From a virus (Duplodnaviria > Caudoviricetes): DNA of 33,683 bases. Location of the stretch: positions 1 to 33,683 of the IMG/VR virus record IMGVR_UViG_3300032330_000463, one strand, 5' to 3'. This document shows, piece after piece, positions 27,146-33,683 of the stretch (position 1 is the stretch's first letter; every line of letters starts with the position of its first letter). The notes beneath the pieces were generated by a model, which did not search any database, was not told the DNA's origin, and saw nothing but the letters and a program-made list of their open reading frames with translations. The position numbers and the translations under genes are program-made.

Positions 27146-27828
27146 CCCATGATTGGCTTTTGAGTGGATTTAACTTCATCTAACCATTTAGTAGCATTTA
27201 ACCAAGATGCCGGATATGGAATAAATTTCTCCTCAACTTCGGATAATTTCTGTGCGCTAATGGCTTTTATCATTAACGTAACAGTCTCATCGTTAGGCTT
27301 AATCTTGTTCCATGCTTTCTCAGCAGCTCCTTTACTTACCTTTCTTGGGTATGCTTTCCAGAACTCATCAAATCGATCAATAGTATTATTTATAGATGAA
27401 GATGAAGATGAAGATGAAGGGGTTGGTTTTTGCTTATCCTTAGGTACAACCTTAAGGTTAACCTTGTACCCTTCCTTTAATGCTGGATTTCCTCCTAATT
27501 TTCCACCTAAAGCCCTTATATTCCTTAAGTTTTCATCTCTAATCATCCTTCGACTAAAGATTACTCCGTCTGTTGTCAAATCATATACACCAGCCAACTT
27601 AAGCTCATTAAGCCAACCTTCAACAACGTCTAAGGCTTCCCCAACCATACGTGCAAGGTTATGTGCAAGGATAACCTTATCTCCAACCTTTAAATGCCCA
27701 TAAGGATTACCTTCGTGCATATAACAAATCATGTCTATCCATAAACCTCTTGCTCCGGTAGAGCACGATCTTAAAGCTGTATCCCTTAACCAATCTGATG
27801 GGTAAAATTGAAAAGATGGTCTTTTCAT
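27136..27828 (-). CDS. Replication initiator protein (lambda O-like architecture)
   Basis: PSFQFYPSDW N-terminus, ARGLWIDMIC, low-complexity linker, C-terminal FDEFWKAYPRK ... IPYPASWLN..KW.DE. Confidence 0.8.
   Translation of the reverse strand: MKRPSFQFYPSDWLRDTALRSCSTGARGLWIDMICYMHEGNPYGHLKVGDKVILAHNLARMVGEALDVVEGWLNELKLAGVYDLTTDGVIFSRRMIRDENLRNIRALGGKLGGNPALKEGYKVNLKVVPKDKQKPTPSSSSSSSSINNTIDRFDEFWKAYPRKVSKGAAEKAWNKIKPNDETVTLMIKAISAQKLSEVEEKFIPYPASWLNATKWLDEVKSTQKPIMGWK
27395..27418. repeat. (GATGAA)x4 tandem repeat encoding poly-Ser linker
   Basis: Read directly. Confidence 0.9.
27443..27470. other. Putative replication origin palindrome cluster
   Basis: GGTACAA..TTGTACC arms with overlapping palindromes AACCTTAAGGTT and AAGGTTAACCTT in the initiator linker. 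Confidence 0.45.
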
Positions 27829-28028
27829 TTCTTTATCCTTCCGTTATCCCATTCTTCAACCATTTCATCATAATAAACATTAACTAATTGGCTAACTTCA
27901 AATGCTTGTTCTGGAGTTAATATTATTGTTACCTCTTTCCCAAACTCAAAAGAATCTTGCTTTATTACTAAGCATCCAATATCACTTATGTATATTTCGC
28001 ATCCTTCAGAACTTCTAAATTTCAACAT
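27825..28028 (-). CDS. Small acidic hypothetical protein
   Basis: ATG at 28028 preferred to track TTG at 28040; ATGA overlap with initiator. Confidence 0.6.
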   Translation of the reverse strand: MLKFRSSEGCEIYISDIGCLVIKQDSFEFGKEVTIILTPEQAFEVSQLVNVYYDEMVEEWDNGRIKK

Positions 28029-28041
28029 AGCTTTTTCCAAT

Positions 28042-28160
28042 AAAAAAAGCCTTAGGTGAGACTCTCACTAGATTAAAAATCTAATGTTGGCAGACTGGTT
28101 CGGTAACCAGCAGAGTCCCATCTAAGGCTTACCGATTTTATGTATGCTGCCAAGCACATA
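28042..28160 (-). ncRNA. C4/CI-like structured antisense/attenuator RNA
   Basis: 19-bp outer stem (28112-28130 with 28047-28065), two inner hairpins, junction CUGCCAA complementary to upstream UUGGCAG, U-run after stem. Confidence 0.7.
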
Positions 28161-28163
28161 ACC

Positions 28164-28192
28164 ACTATAACGAAACTTTTCTCTTAGCGCAA
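28164..28192 (-). promoter_or_regulatory. Sigma70-type promoter for the RNA and replication operon
   Basis: TTGCGC-17 nt-TATAGT immediately upstream of the structured RNA. Confidence 0.7.
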
Positions 28193-28263
28193 GTCCTACA
28201 AATATCAGAGTTTCTAAATTGAATTGCTGAACGTGAATGTTTACAAATAGGACACTTCTGCAT
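28165..28263 (-). CDS. Mini zinc-finger protein (32 aa)
   Basis: Not in track. MQKCPICKHSRSAIQFRNSDICRTCAKRKVSL with two CxxC. Confidence 0.6.
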   Translation of the reverse strand: MQKCPICKHSRSAIQFRNSDICRTCAKRKVSL

Positions 28264-28270
28264 TGAGAAG

Positions 28271-28648
28271 TTATATATCGTTTTCTCTTTTGTAACGGAC
28301 GTTTGACTTACAGGTTTTAAAAGTTCTTCTTTCAATTACTTGACCTCTAGGACTGATAGTAGGAGGGAATATCTTTAACGGAGTAAATGGTATCGGCTCC
28401 CGTGGTGGGACTAGCTTCTTCTCATCTACTGGATTAGGCTTATCTTTAAAAAACGGAAAGAATACATCACCTTCCTGCTTAAAGCACTTTAACCTGACTA
28501 ATTTCCTAAGTTCAGTCGTTATATCCCATTCCACAGCAAAGCCCATCATTCCGTACTTTTGTATTATCTCTTTGACAGTAATACCGCCGGAATCGTTAAC
28601 AATATCGATAAATTCAGCCCTTCGGCTACCTATTCTTGGTACGTACAT
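28271..28648 (-). CDS. Hypothetical protein, possible winged-helix N-terminus
   Basis: GITVKEIIQKY ... ITTELRKLVRLK helix pattern; first leftward gene. Confidence 0.55.
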   Translation of the reverse strand: MYVPRIGSRRAEFIDIVNDSGGITVKEIIQKYGMMGFAVEWDITTELRKLVRLKCFKQEGDVFFPFFKDKPNPVDEKKLVPPREPIPFTPLKIFPPTISPRGQVIERRTFKTCKSNVRYKRENDI

Positions 28649-28668
28649 AAAATAATTTTAAAAAGTTG

Positions 28669-28698
28669 TTGACATACAAGATTGTGATGCGCTATAGT
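28669..28698 (+). promoter_or_regulatory. Strong sigma70 early promoter
   Basis: TTGACA-18 nt-TATAGT ahead of AGGAG RBS and the plus-strand operon. Confidence 0.8.
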
Positions 28699-28738
28699 TT
28701 CTTCGCTGCAACACACTATTAACCTCTAGGAGAATACT

Positions 28739-28930
28739 ATGAATACAAATAAATCAGCAACAGTTCGCACAGTTTCTAAAGGTAGCCCATTCACAGACGC
28801 ATACGACCTTATCGTTGAAGTCTTAGTAAACGGTGAGTGGACGTACTATCAAGGTTTTAACACTCTCTCTAACGATTACGCATACTCAGAAGCTCGTGCA
28901 GCAGAAGCTCGTGCAAAGGCTGAACAATGA
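28739..28930 (+). CDS. Small early hypothetical protein
   Basis: AGGAG RBS, first gene after promoter. Confidence 0.8.
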   Translation: MNTNKSATVRTVSKGSPFTDAYDLIVEVLVNGEWTYYQGFNTLSNDYAYSEARAAEARAKAEQ

Positions 28931-29124
28931 AAACTAATATGCATAATTGGGAAGTAGCTGAGATTGTCTATGCCTTGCGATTGCTGGCAGATAACCTAGA
29001 CAAAAAGCCACGCACAACTCAGGAGCAAGAAATACTAGATATAGCGTATGAAGCCTTGCTAGTAGCTCCTAGAGAAATCCACGAACTTGTTAACATAATA
29101 GAATCTAATGACAACTATGAATAA
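28927..29124 (+). CDS. Small early hypothetical protein
   Basis: ATGA overlap; helical, acidic. Confidence 0.7.
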   Translation: MKTNMHNWEVAEIVYALRLLADNLDKKPRTTQEQEILDIAYEALLVAPREIHELVNIIESNDNYE

Positions 29125-29215
29125 ATTACTCAACACTAACGATTATTTTTCACATCATCCAATACTTTGTGGTGTAATAATGCTTCTACTCTACATTTTG
29201 GCTTGCTCAATATGA
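29117..29215 (+). CDS. Tiny membrane peptide (32 aa)
   Basis: Not in track. MNKLLNTNDYFSHHPILCGVIMLLLYILACSI; overlaps both neighbours. Confidence 0.65.
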   Translation: MNKLLNTNDYFSHHPILCGVIMLLLYILACSI

Positions 29216-29382
29216 CCGATGAAAAGAACATTTTATACAAGAAAGACTACGTTACGGCTGCTAAGACGGACATTCGTAAAACTTTTGCTAAATTTAGAAA
29301 GGAGCAAAAAGCGTCTACAAAAATATCTACTGCTGAGAAAACACAACCTACCAATATTGTTCAGTATAAAAAATTCAGATAA
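29212..29382 (+). CDS. Small basic hypothetical protein
   Basis: ATG at 29212 in ATGA overlap; YVTAAKTDIRKTFAKFRKE. Confidence 0.7.
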   Translation: MTDEKNILYKKDYVTAAKTDIRKTFAKFRKEQKASTKISTAEKTQPTNIVQYKKFR

Positions 29383-29395
29383 ATAGGAATCTACT

Positions 29396-30058
29396 ATGAA
29401 TAACGACTATCAATTGCAAGAGCAACATGAAGAACAACAATGGCGCGTATATAGTAAGTTGCAAAAAGCCAGAGTATTACTACAAGAATTACCGATTAAG
29501 AAATCAGGCTTTAACTCATTCGCTGGTTTCAAATACTTTGAACTAGCAGACTTTCTCCCTAGCATTAACGTCATCTTTGACAATCTAGGTTTATGCTCAG
29601 TCTTTAGCATTAGTGAAGGTATAGCAACCTTACGTATCTTTGACTCAGAGTTTGGTGGTGTAGTTTATTTCCGTAGTCCTACAGCAGAAGCAGGAGCAGG
29701 TAAAGCACCTCCTATACAGGCTTTAGGATCGATGCATACCTACCTTCGTCGTTACCTTATGCTCAATGCGCTAGAGATTACAGAGCATGACGCTGTAGAT
29801 GCCACGATAAAGAAAGACGAGCCTAAAGCAGCCAAGCCTATTACCGTTGACGTTTATGACAGCATGGATAATGAGACTAAAGAACTCATAGAAAACATAG
29901 CTATGGATGTACGTATGCTTATGGAACGCAATGATATGCAGGGAGTCATTGATTACATTAATCTGCAAGAGTTTGATGCAGATACAAAAACTGCATTTTG
30001 GAGTAGGTTAGATAGTAAAGAGCGCAGCGCAATTAAGAAATTTTCAACAGGGAAATAA
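29396..30058 (+). CDS. erf: ERF-family ssDNA annealing protein
   Basis: GFNSFAGFKYFELADFL and QALGSMHTYLRRY ... DAVD ERF signature. Confidence 0.85.
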   Translation: MNNDYQLQEQHEEQQWRVYSKLQKARVLLQELPIKKSGFNSFAGFKYFELADFLPSINVIFDNLGLCSVFSISEGIATLRIFDSEFGGVVYFRSPTAEAGAGKAPPIQALGSMHTYLRRYLMLNALEITEHDAVDATIKKDEPKAAKPITVDVYDSMDNETKELIENIAMDVRMLMERNDMQGVIDYINLQEFDADTKTAFWSRLDSKERSAIKKFSTGK

Positions 30059-30059
30059 T

Positions 30060-30314
30060 ATGACTGAATACAATAATACAGACCGTGGAGTTCTATACCG
30101 CAATGAGAATAAAACGAGTGAAAACCATCCAGACTACTCAGGCAGCGTTAATGTATCTGGTACTGATTACTGGTTATCTGGCTGGCTTAAAGAATCCAAG
30201 AAAGACGGTAAAAAGTTTTTTAGCTTATCGGTACGCCCAAAGAATGATGCAGCGTCTAAGCCAGTCAATAAGCCAGTAGTAGCTGCTGATCCTGACGATC
30301 TTATCCCCTTCTGA
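30060..30314 (+). CDS. Putative single-stranded DNA-binding protein
   Basis: HPDYSG, YWLSGW, KFFSLSV, acidic tail DPDDLIPF; follows ERF. Confidence 0.75.
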   Translation: MTEYNNTDRGVLYRNENKTSENHPDYSGSVNVSGTDYWLSGWLKESKKDGKKFFSLSVRPKNDAASKPVNKPVVAADPDDLIPF

Positions 30315-30342
30315 TCTCGCGCCACTCTCCTTCGTGGCTTTA

Positions 30343-30371
30343 ACAGGGGCTTCGGCTCCTGTCTTTTTATT
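30343..30371 (+). terminator. Intrinsic terminator
   Basis: ACAGGGGC-TTCG-GCTCCTGT then CTTTTTATT. Confidence 0.8.
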
Positions 30372-30382
30372 CTGGAGTAACT

Positions 30383-30574
30383 ATGAAATTGCTTGATGCA
30401 GTTAAAGAACGCTACAACATTAAGAATGATGCACAACTTAGCCGTACTTTAGACGTGCCACCTCCTACGATAAGTAAGATTCGTAGCGGTAAAGTCAATG
30501 TATCAGCAGACATGATCTTACGCATCCATGAGTGTTTAGGTATGCCAGTAGCAGACATTAGGTCTTTGTTATGA
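30383..30574 (+). CDS. XRE/Cro-type HTH protein
   Basis: NDAQLSRTLDVPPPTISKIRSG; GGAG RBS. Confidence 0.85.
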   Translation: MKLLDAVKERYNIKNDAQLSRTLDVPPPTISKIRSGKVNVSADMILRIHECLGMPVADIRSLL

Positions 30575-30765
30575 AAGTGCTATTAGTGTTTGTGGCTTTA
30601 TTAGCGGCTGTATGGGGCTGTTCTGTTGTGCTTACTACCAGAGTACAGTCAGCCTATAACGCTGGCTTCAGAGACGGTAAAAATGCCTTTACAATCGATT
30701 CTCAATGTTCTGCTTGGCTAATGAACTCTGATCTTAAAGAAGCTAAAGAAAGAATATGCAAATGA
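30571..30765 (+). CDS. Small membrane-anchored protein
   Basis: Hydrophobic N-terminus; AYNAGFRDG. Confidence 0.7.
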   Translation: MKVLLVFVALLAAVWGCSVVLTTRVQSAYNAGFRDGKNAFTIDSQCSAWLMNSDLKEAKERICK

Positions 30766-30923
30766 CTAATGAAGATAAGTTTTATGATTGGTGGAATGGC
30801 GATGAAATGGCTGACGATCTTGACGTTGTAAAACATACGCCTCTTTATTGGGCTATGCAGGGATGGGAAGCTGCATTGCGCGAAATGAATAAAGAAGCTG
30901 AGAAGAATGGTGAGGAGTTATGA
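30762..30923 (+). CDS. Small acidic hypothetical protein (53 aa)
   Basis: Not in track. MTNEDKFYDWWNGDE...AMQGWEAALRE...; ATGA overlaps at both ends. Confidence 0.75.
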   Translation: MTNEDKFYDWWNGDEMADDLDVVKHTPLYWAMQGWEAALREMNKEAEKNGEEL

Positions 30924-31189
30924 GCGACTACGACATACATAGTTGTGGATACTACTGCGACCGATTTGCTTGCATTAAAGCGCAACGAGATGAGTTAAGA
31001 GATAAGTTATTCGAAGGTCAAGCGGTAAAGACGTATTCAGGTGGCAAGCCGAACTACACGCAGCCGATAGAGAAAAAATGGGTGGGGTTGACTGATGAAG
31101 AGATAGAACTGCTTTGCGAACAAGCCGATCACAGTCCATGGAAAGCAATTGAATTAACGCAAGCTAGGCTGAAGGAAAAGAATCTATGA
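30920..31189 (+). CDS. Hypothetical protein with WVGLT.EE module
   Basis: GAGGAG RBS; HSCGYYCDRFAC; WVGLTDEE...LKEKN. Confidence 0.75.
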   Translation: MSDYDIHSCGYYCDRFACIKAQRDELRDKLFEGQAVKTYSGGKPNYTQPIEKKWVGLTDEEIELLCEQADHSPWKAIELTQARLKEKNL

Positions 31190-31431
31190 AAATTAATACT
31201 GGTTGCTGGATGAACGGCTGTAAGTGTTTTGATAAAGATGATGAAGATGGCGTAGATATTAAACGTGACCGAGAATGGGTAGGACTGACGCATGAAGAAC
31301 TAGAGTTCTACACAGAAGAACTAGGGCAAGGTGAGTTAGGCAGAGGTGTACTGCGCGCAGTAGTTGATTTTTTAAAAGAAAAAAACAGCACGTCCGGAAA
31401 GATTATACAAATATCGGACAATAATGACTAA
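31186..31431 (+). CDS. Hypothetical protein with WVGLT.EE module
   Basis: ATGA overlap; WVGLTHEE...LKEKN. Confidence 0.7.
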   Translation: MKINTGCWMNGCKCFDKDDEDGVDIKRDREWVGLTHEELEFYTEELGQGELGRGVLRAVVDFLKEKNSTSGKIIQISDNND

Positions 31432-31672
31432 GAATCCACGCAATCGTAAGGATGATTATGACTGGCAAGCCGTTATAGATGGCAATCGCATAGGTATTGC
31501 AAAGGTATTTGAGAGCATACGTAGCGGAGAAGTTGACGAGATAGAGTTAGAAAAGTTGCAGAATTTCGTGCAATTCTCACTAGCGTTAATGCAGCTATCA
31601 GGCTCTACTAAATGGGCAAGAGCAAAAATGAATGCTGAGATGATGAATTACATAAAATCTATTGATTCATAG
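31424..31672 (+). CDS. Hypothetical protein
   Basis: 82 aa, last plus-strand gene; overlaps convergent gene end. Confidence 0.65.
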   Translation: MTKNPRNRKDDYDWQAVIDGNRIGIAKVFESIRSGEVDEIELEKLQNFVQFSLALMQLSGSTKWARAKMNAEMMNYIKSIDS

Positions 31673-31851
31673 ATTCGTAACTGTTGACGTAACCTTGCAA
31701 TTTCTAGATCACGCTCGTTTAATTTTTTCTGCAGACTTTCACTTAATGCGTAAACTGCTGCAATTTTATCAAACCGTTGTTTATGATCCTCAAGCATTAC
31801 ATTGAATAAACGCTCAGACGCATCAATTTGTTTTTGAATAAAGTCGGACAT
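31648..31851 (-). CDS. Small coiled-coil protein
   Basis: GGAG RBS; LQKKLNERDLEIARLRQQL. Confidence 0.7.
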   Translation of the reverse strand: MSDFIQKQIDASERLFNVMLEDHKQRFDKIAAVYALSESLQKKLNERDLEIARLRQQLRIYESIDFM

Positions 31852-31860
31852 TTAGCTCTC

Positions 31861-32808
31861 CTACACTTCAATAATTTGACCTCTAAAGTACACTAAACTT
31901 TCTGAGATAACTTCAACAAGCTCAGGAGGCATCAATTTACCCTGCCAGAACGTCAATACAGCAAAACCACTACGCCAGTTTCTAGGATTATCTTCGGCAT
32001 ACTCAAAAGCAGGATCATCTAGGTTAGCCATAGTGCCTGTATCTACACCGTATCTTGTGCCATTGTAATCAGTCCACGGAGTAACTTTAAGGCTGTGTAA
32101 ATGACCAGTTACTATGGACGTTCCAGCTTTTAACGTGTTGTTATAGACTGCATGGATGCCATTATGATAACGATGCTTAATCATCGTATGATCGTTAACC
32201 ATAATACTTGTTGAAAACTTCCAGCGTGGGAAGTGATCCGTTAGATTCATTCCATGAACACCCTCAAATGCAGTCCCAACTTGGGAGGCTAAACGAGTGT
32301 TAAAACGCATATCGTGGTTACCCCATGTAAAATGTAAGGCAGCACTCTTAGAAGCGTTCTCAATCTCACTTAGACGATCCTGACAGGCATCTAGCTCTTG
32401 TTTTACGCTAGGTAGCTTCTGCCAGCCAATAGGACTATGGGAACTGATTGAGCCCCCGTCAAACGCATCTCCATTAATTACGATCATACGTGGTTTTAGC
32501 TCAGGTATTAATTTAACGAAAGCCTTATGAGCCGTTGATATAATGTCTGGATAATAATGGCAGTCTGATGCAACCATAATCACACCGTCATCTATCTCTA
32601 CTTTTGTTCTAATACCATTGTTAGGTATCGTTATATTGAATGTAGGACTACGTTTATCTGCTGCAACTAATGTAATGCTATGTCTTGCCTCAATTTTTTT
32701 ACGTCTTGTATGAACATTACGAACATCTATATCTAATACCTCTGCTACTCTTGCTGCTGAATGATACTTATTCCAAATAGATATAAATTCTTCGTCAGTC
32801 GTTCGCAT
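31861..32808 (-). CDS. Calcineurin-like metallophosphoesterase with N-terminal HTH
   Basis: SDCH, NGDAFD, GNHD, KH, GHLH; N-terminal SAARVAEVLDIDVRNVHTR. Confidence 0.85.
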   Translation of the reverse strand: MRTTDEEFISIWNKYHSAARVAEVLDIDVRNVHTRRKKIEARHSITLVAADKRSPTFNITIPNNGIRTKVEIDDGVIMVASDCHYYPDIISTAHKAFVKLIPELKPRMIVINGDAFDGGSISSHSPIGWQKLPSVKQELDACQDRLSEIENASKSAALHFTWGNHDMRFNTRLASQVGTAFEGVHGMNLTDHFPRWKFSTSIMVNDHTMIKHRYHNGIHAVYNNTLKAGTSIVTGHLHSLKVTPWTDYNGTRYGVDTGTMANLDDPAFEYAEDNPRNWRSGFAVLTFWQGKLMPPELVEVISESLVYFRGQIIEV

Positions 32809-33008
32809 TAGTTCACCTTACGGACAAATTCACCACACCAATCAACGCGCTCAGTAACTGGATAGCAACTCTCAAAGTTACCTTCAATTTCTATTAACGT
32901 AGGTGGGTATCGGTAGCAGTAGCCTAGATCATCTTTAGGCTCGCAATTATAGAAAGCGCAGCTAATACAAGCTGGCATACAGTCATCAGGTATAGATTTT
33001 TTAGGCAT
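32808..33008 (-). CDS. Small Cys-rich metal-binding protein
   Basis: CISCAFY, GYCYRYPP, DWCGEF. Confidence 0.7.
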   Translation of the reverse strand: MPKKSIPDDCMPACISCAFYNCEPKDDLGYCYRYPPTLIEIEGNFESCYPVTERVDWCGEFVRKVN

Positions 33009-33049
33009 TTGATCTATATATCATGTAGTTATTGCAATAATATTACAAA

Positions 33050-33526
33050 TTACATTAAATATATAGCACGTTCATCTTTTCTTCTATTAAGGAGTCCTTT
33101 AAGAACCTTGCCTCCTCCTAAACAATACTTTAAGAACTCATCAGCAGCACCGTCAAAGTCACCTCGATTATGCTTTTGACGTAGAGTTGACCTCTGTAAT
33201 GTTCCTAGTCCTACGTTAAACGCAAAAGAGACCAGAGCGTCAAACCGCCCTTGAATAATCCCACTAGGGCAATAACGTAATACACCTCGTTCAAAACGCT
33301 GCAAATCAGCCGCAAGAATTGCATTAACCTCATCCATTGTAAATATGCGATTATCTTCCGGTCTAATCGGGTATTTAATCCGATCTTCCATGCTTAACTT
33401 GGCTTGTTCAGGATAAAGTACGTGACCAACGCCAATCGTCCATAATTTAGCAGGACAACGATAAGGTTTTAAGCGTACGCCTTCATGATGGGCAATTATT
33501 GATTTAGCCGAATCTGATACTTTCAT
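33050..33526 (-). CDS. Endolysin, GH24 lysozyme
   Basis: HEGVRLKPYRCPAKLWTIGVGH (E-x8-C-x5-T), FDALVSFAFNVG, GLLNRRKDE. Confidence 0.93.
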   Translation of the reverse strand: MKVSDSAKSIIAHHEGVRLKPYRCPAKLWTIGVGHVLYPEQAKLSMEDRIKYPIRPEDNRIFTMDEVNAILAADLQRFERGVLRYCPSGIIQGRFDALVSFAFNVGLGTLQRSTLRQKHNRGDFDGAADEFLKYCLGGGKVLKGLLNRRKDERAIYLM

Positions 33527-33683
33527 TTTTTGCTAAATGCCTGAGTACCAAACCAGAACGCTATGACTGATGCCCAAATCAACTGAGTATCTGAATCCCA
33601 TACTTCATCAATCATTAGCTTAAATGGTACGTTCTGAGTCCATGCGTACCATACGCCAGCTATATCGATAGCCACTAGCAGGA
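33523..33683 (-). CDS. Partial holin-like membrane protein (C-terminus; 3TM GTA-holin-like)
   Basis: Not in track. ...LLVAIDIAGVWYAW...LIWASVIAFWFGTQAFSKK; ATGA overlap with endolysin. Confidence 0.7.
   Translation of the reverse strand, partial: LLVAIDIAGVWYAWTQNVPFKLMIDEVWDSDTQLIWASVIAFWFGTQAFSKK

Noticed and set aside
27164-27703. 179-aa plus-strand ORF
   Set aside because: Antisense shadow of the initiator gene.
28047-28130. Cloverleaf as possible tRNA
   Set aside because: No T-loop TTCRA, D-loop or anticodon arm geometry; outer stem too long.
28649-28683. Leftward leaderless promoter (TAAAAT 6 nt before ATG 28648)
   Set aside because: No properly spaced -35; plausible but unsupported.

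Overview
Most of the genome of a tailed dsDNA bacteriophage with a podovirus-type virion. It has a portal, scaffold, DUF5309-type capsid, head-tail adaptor, P22 gp10-like tail hub and ejection proteins, but no tape measure. Gene style resembles uncultured freshwater proteobacterial phages (inference). The minus strand carries a replication/nuclease block (28.6 to 22.9 kb: initiator, primase Zn-finger, DnaB-type helicase, C5 methyltransferase, nucleases), then packaging, head and tail genes (22.9 kb to position 1). A divergent plus-strand early operon (28.7-31.7 kb: ERF, SSB, HTH, small ORFs) converges on the end of the lysis block (holin fragment, GH24 endolysin, metallophosphoesterase). No integrase, CI-like repressor, tRNA or CRISPR array was seen. 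Highlights: (1) a C5 DNA methyltransferase locus coded in two same-strand frames over ~830 nt, with catalytic motifs in one frame and TRD-like repeats plus motif IX in the other, both frames coupled to neighbouring genes; (2) a C4/CI-like cloverleaf RNA attenuator ahead of the replication genes; (3) an unannotated, lone plus-strand 59-aa acidic/aromatic protein with its own promoter (DNA-mimic candidate); (4) glycosyltransferases, a methyltransferase, an oxygenase and an ADP-ribosyltransferase-like gene inside the virion operon. All calls come from reading motifs by eye; no database search was run.
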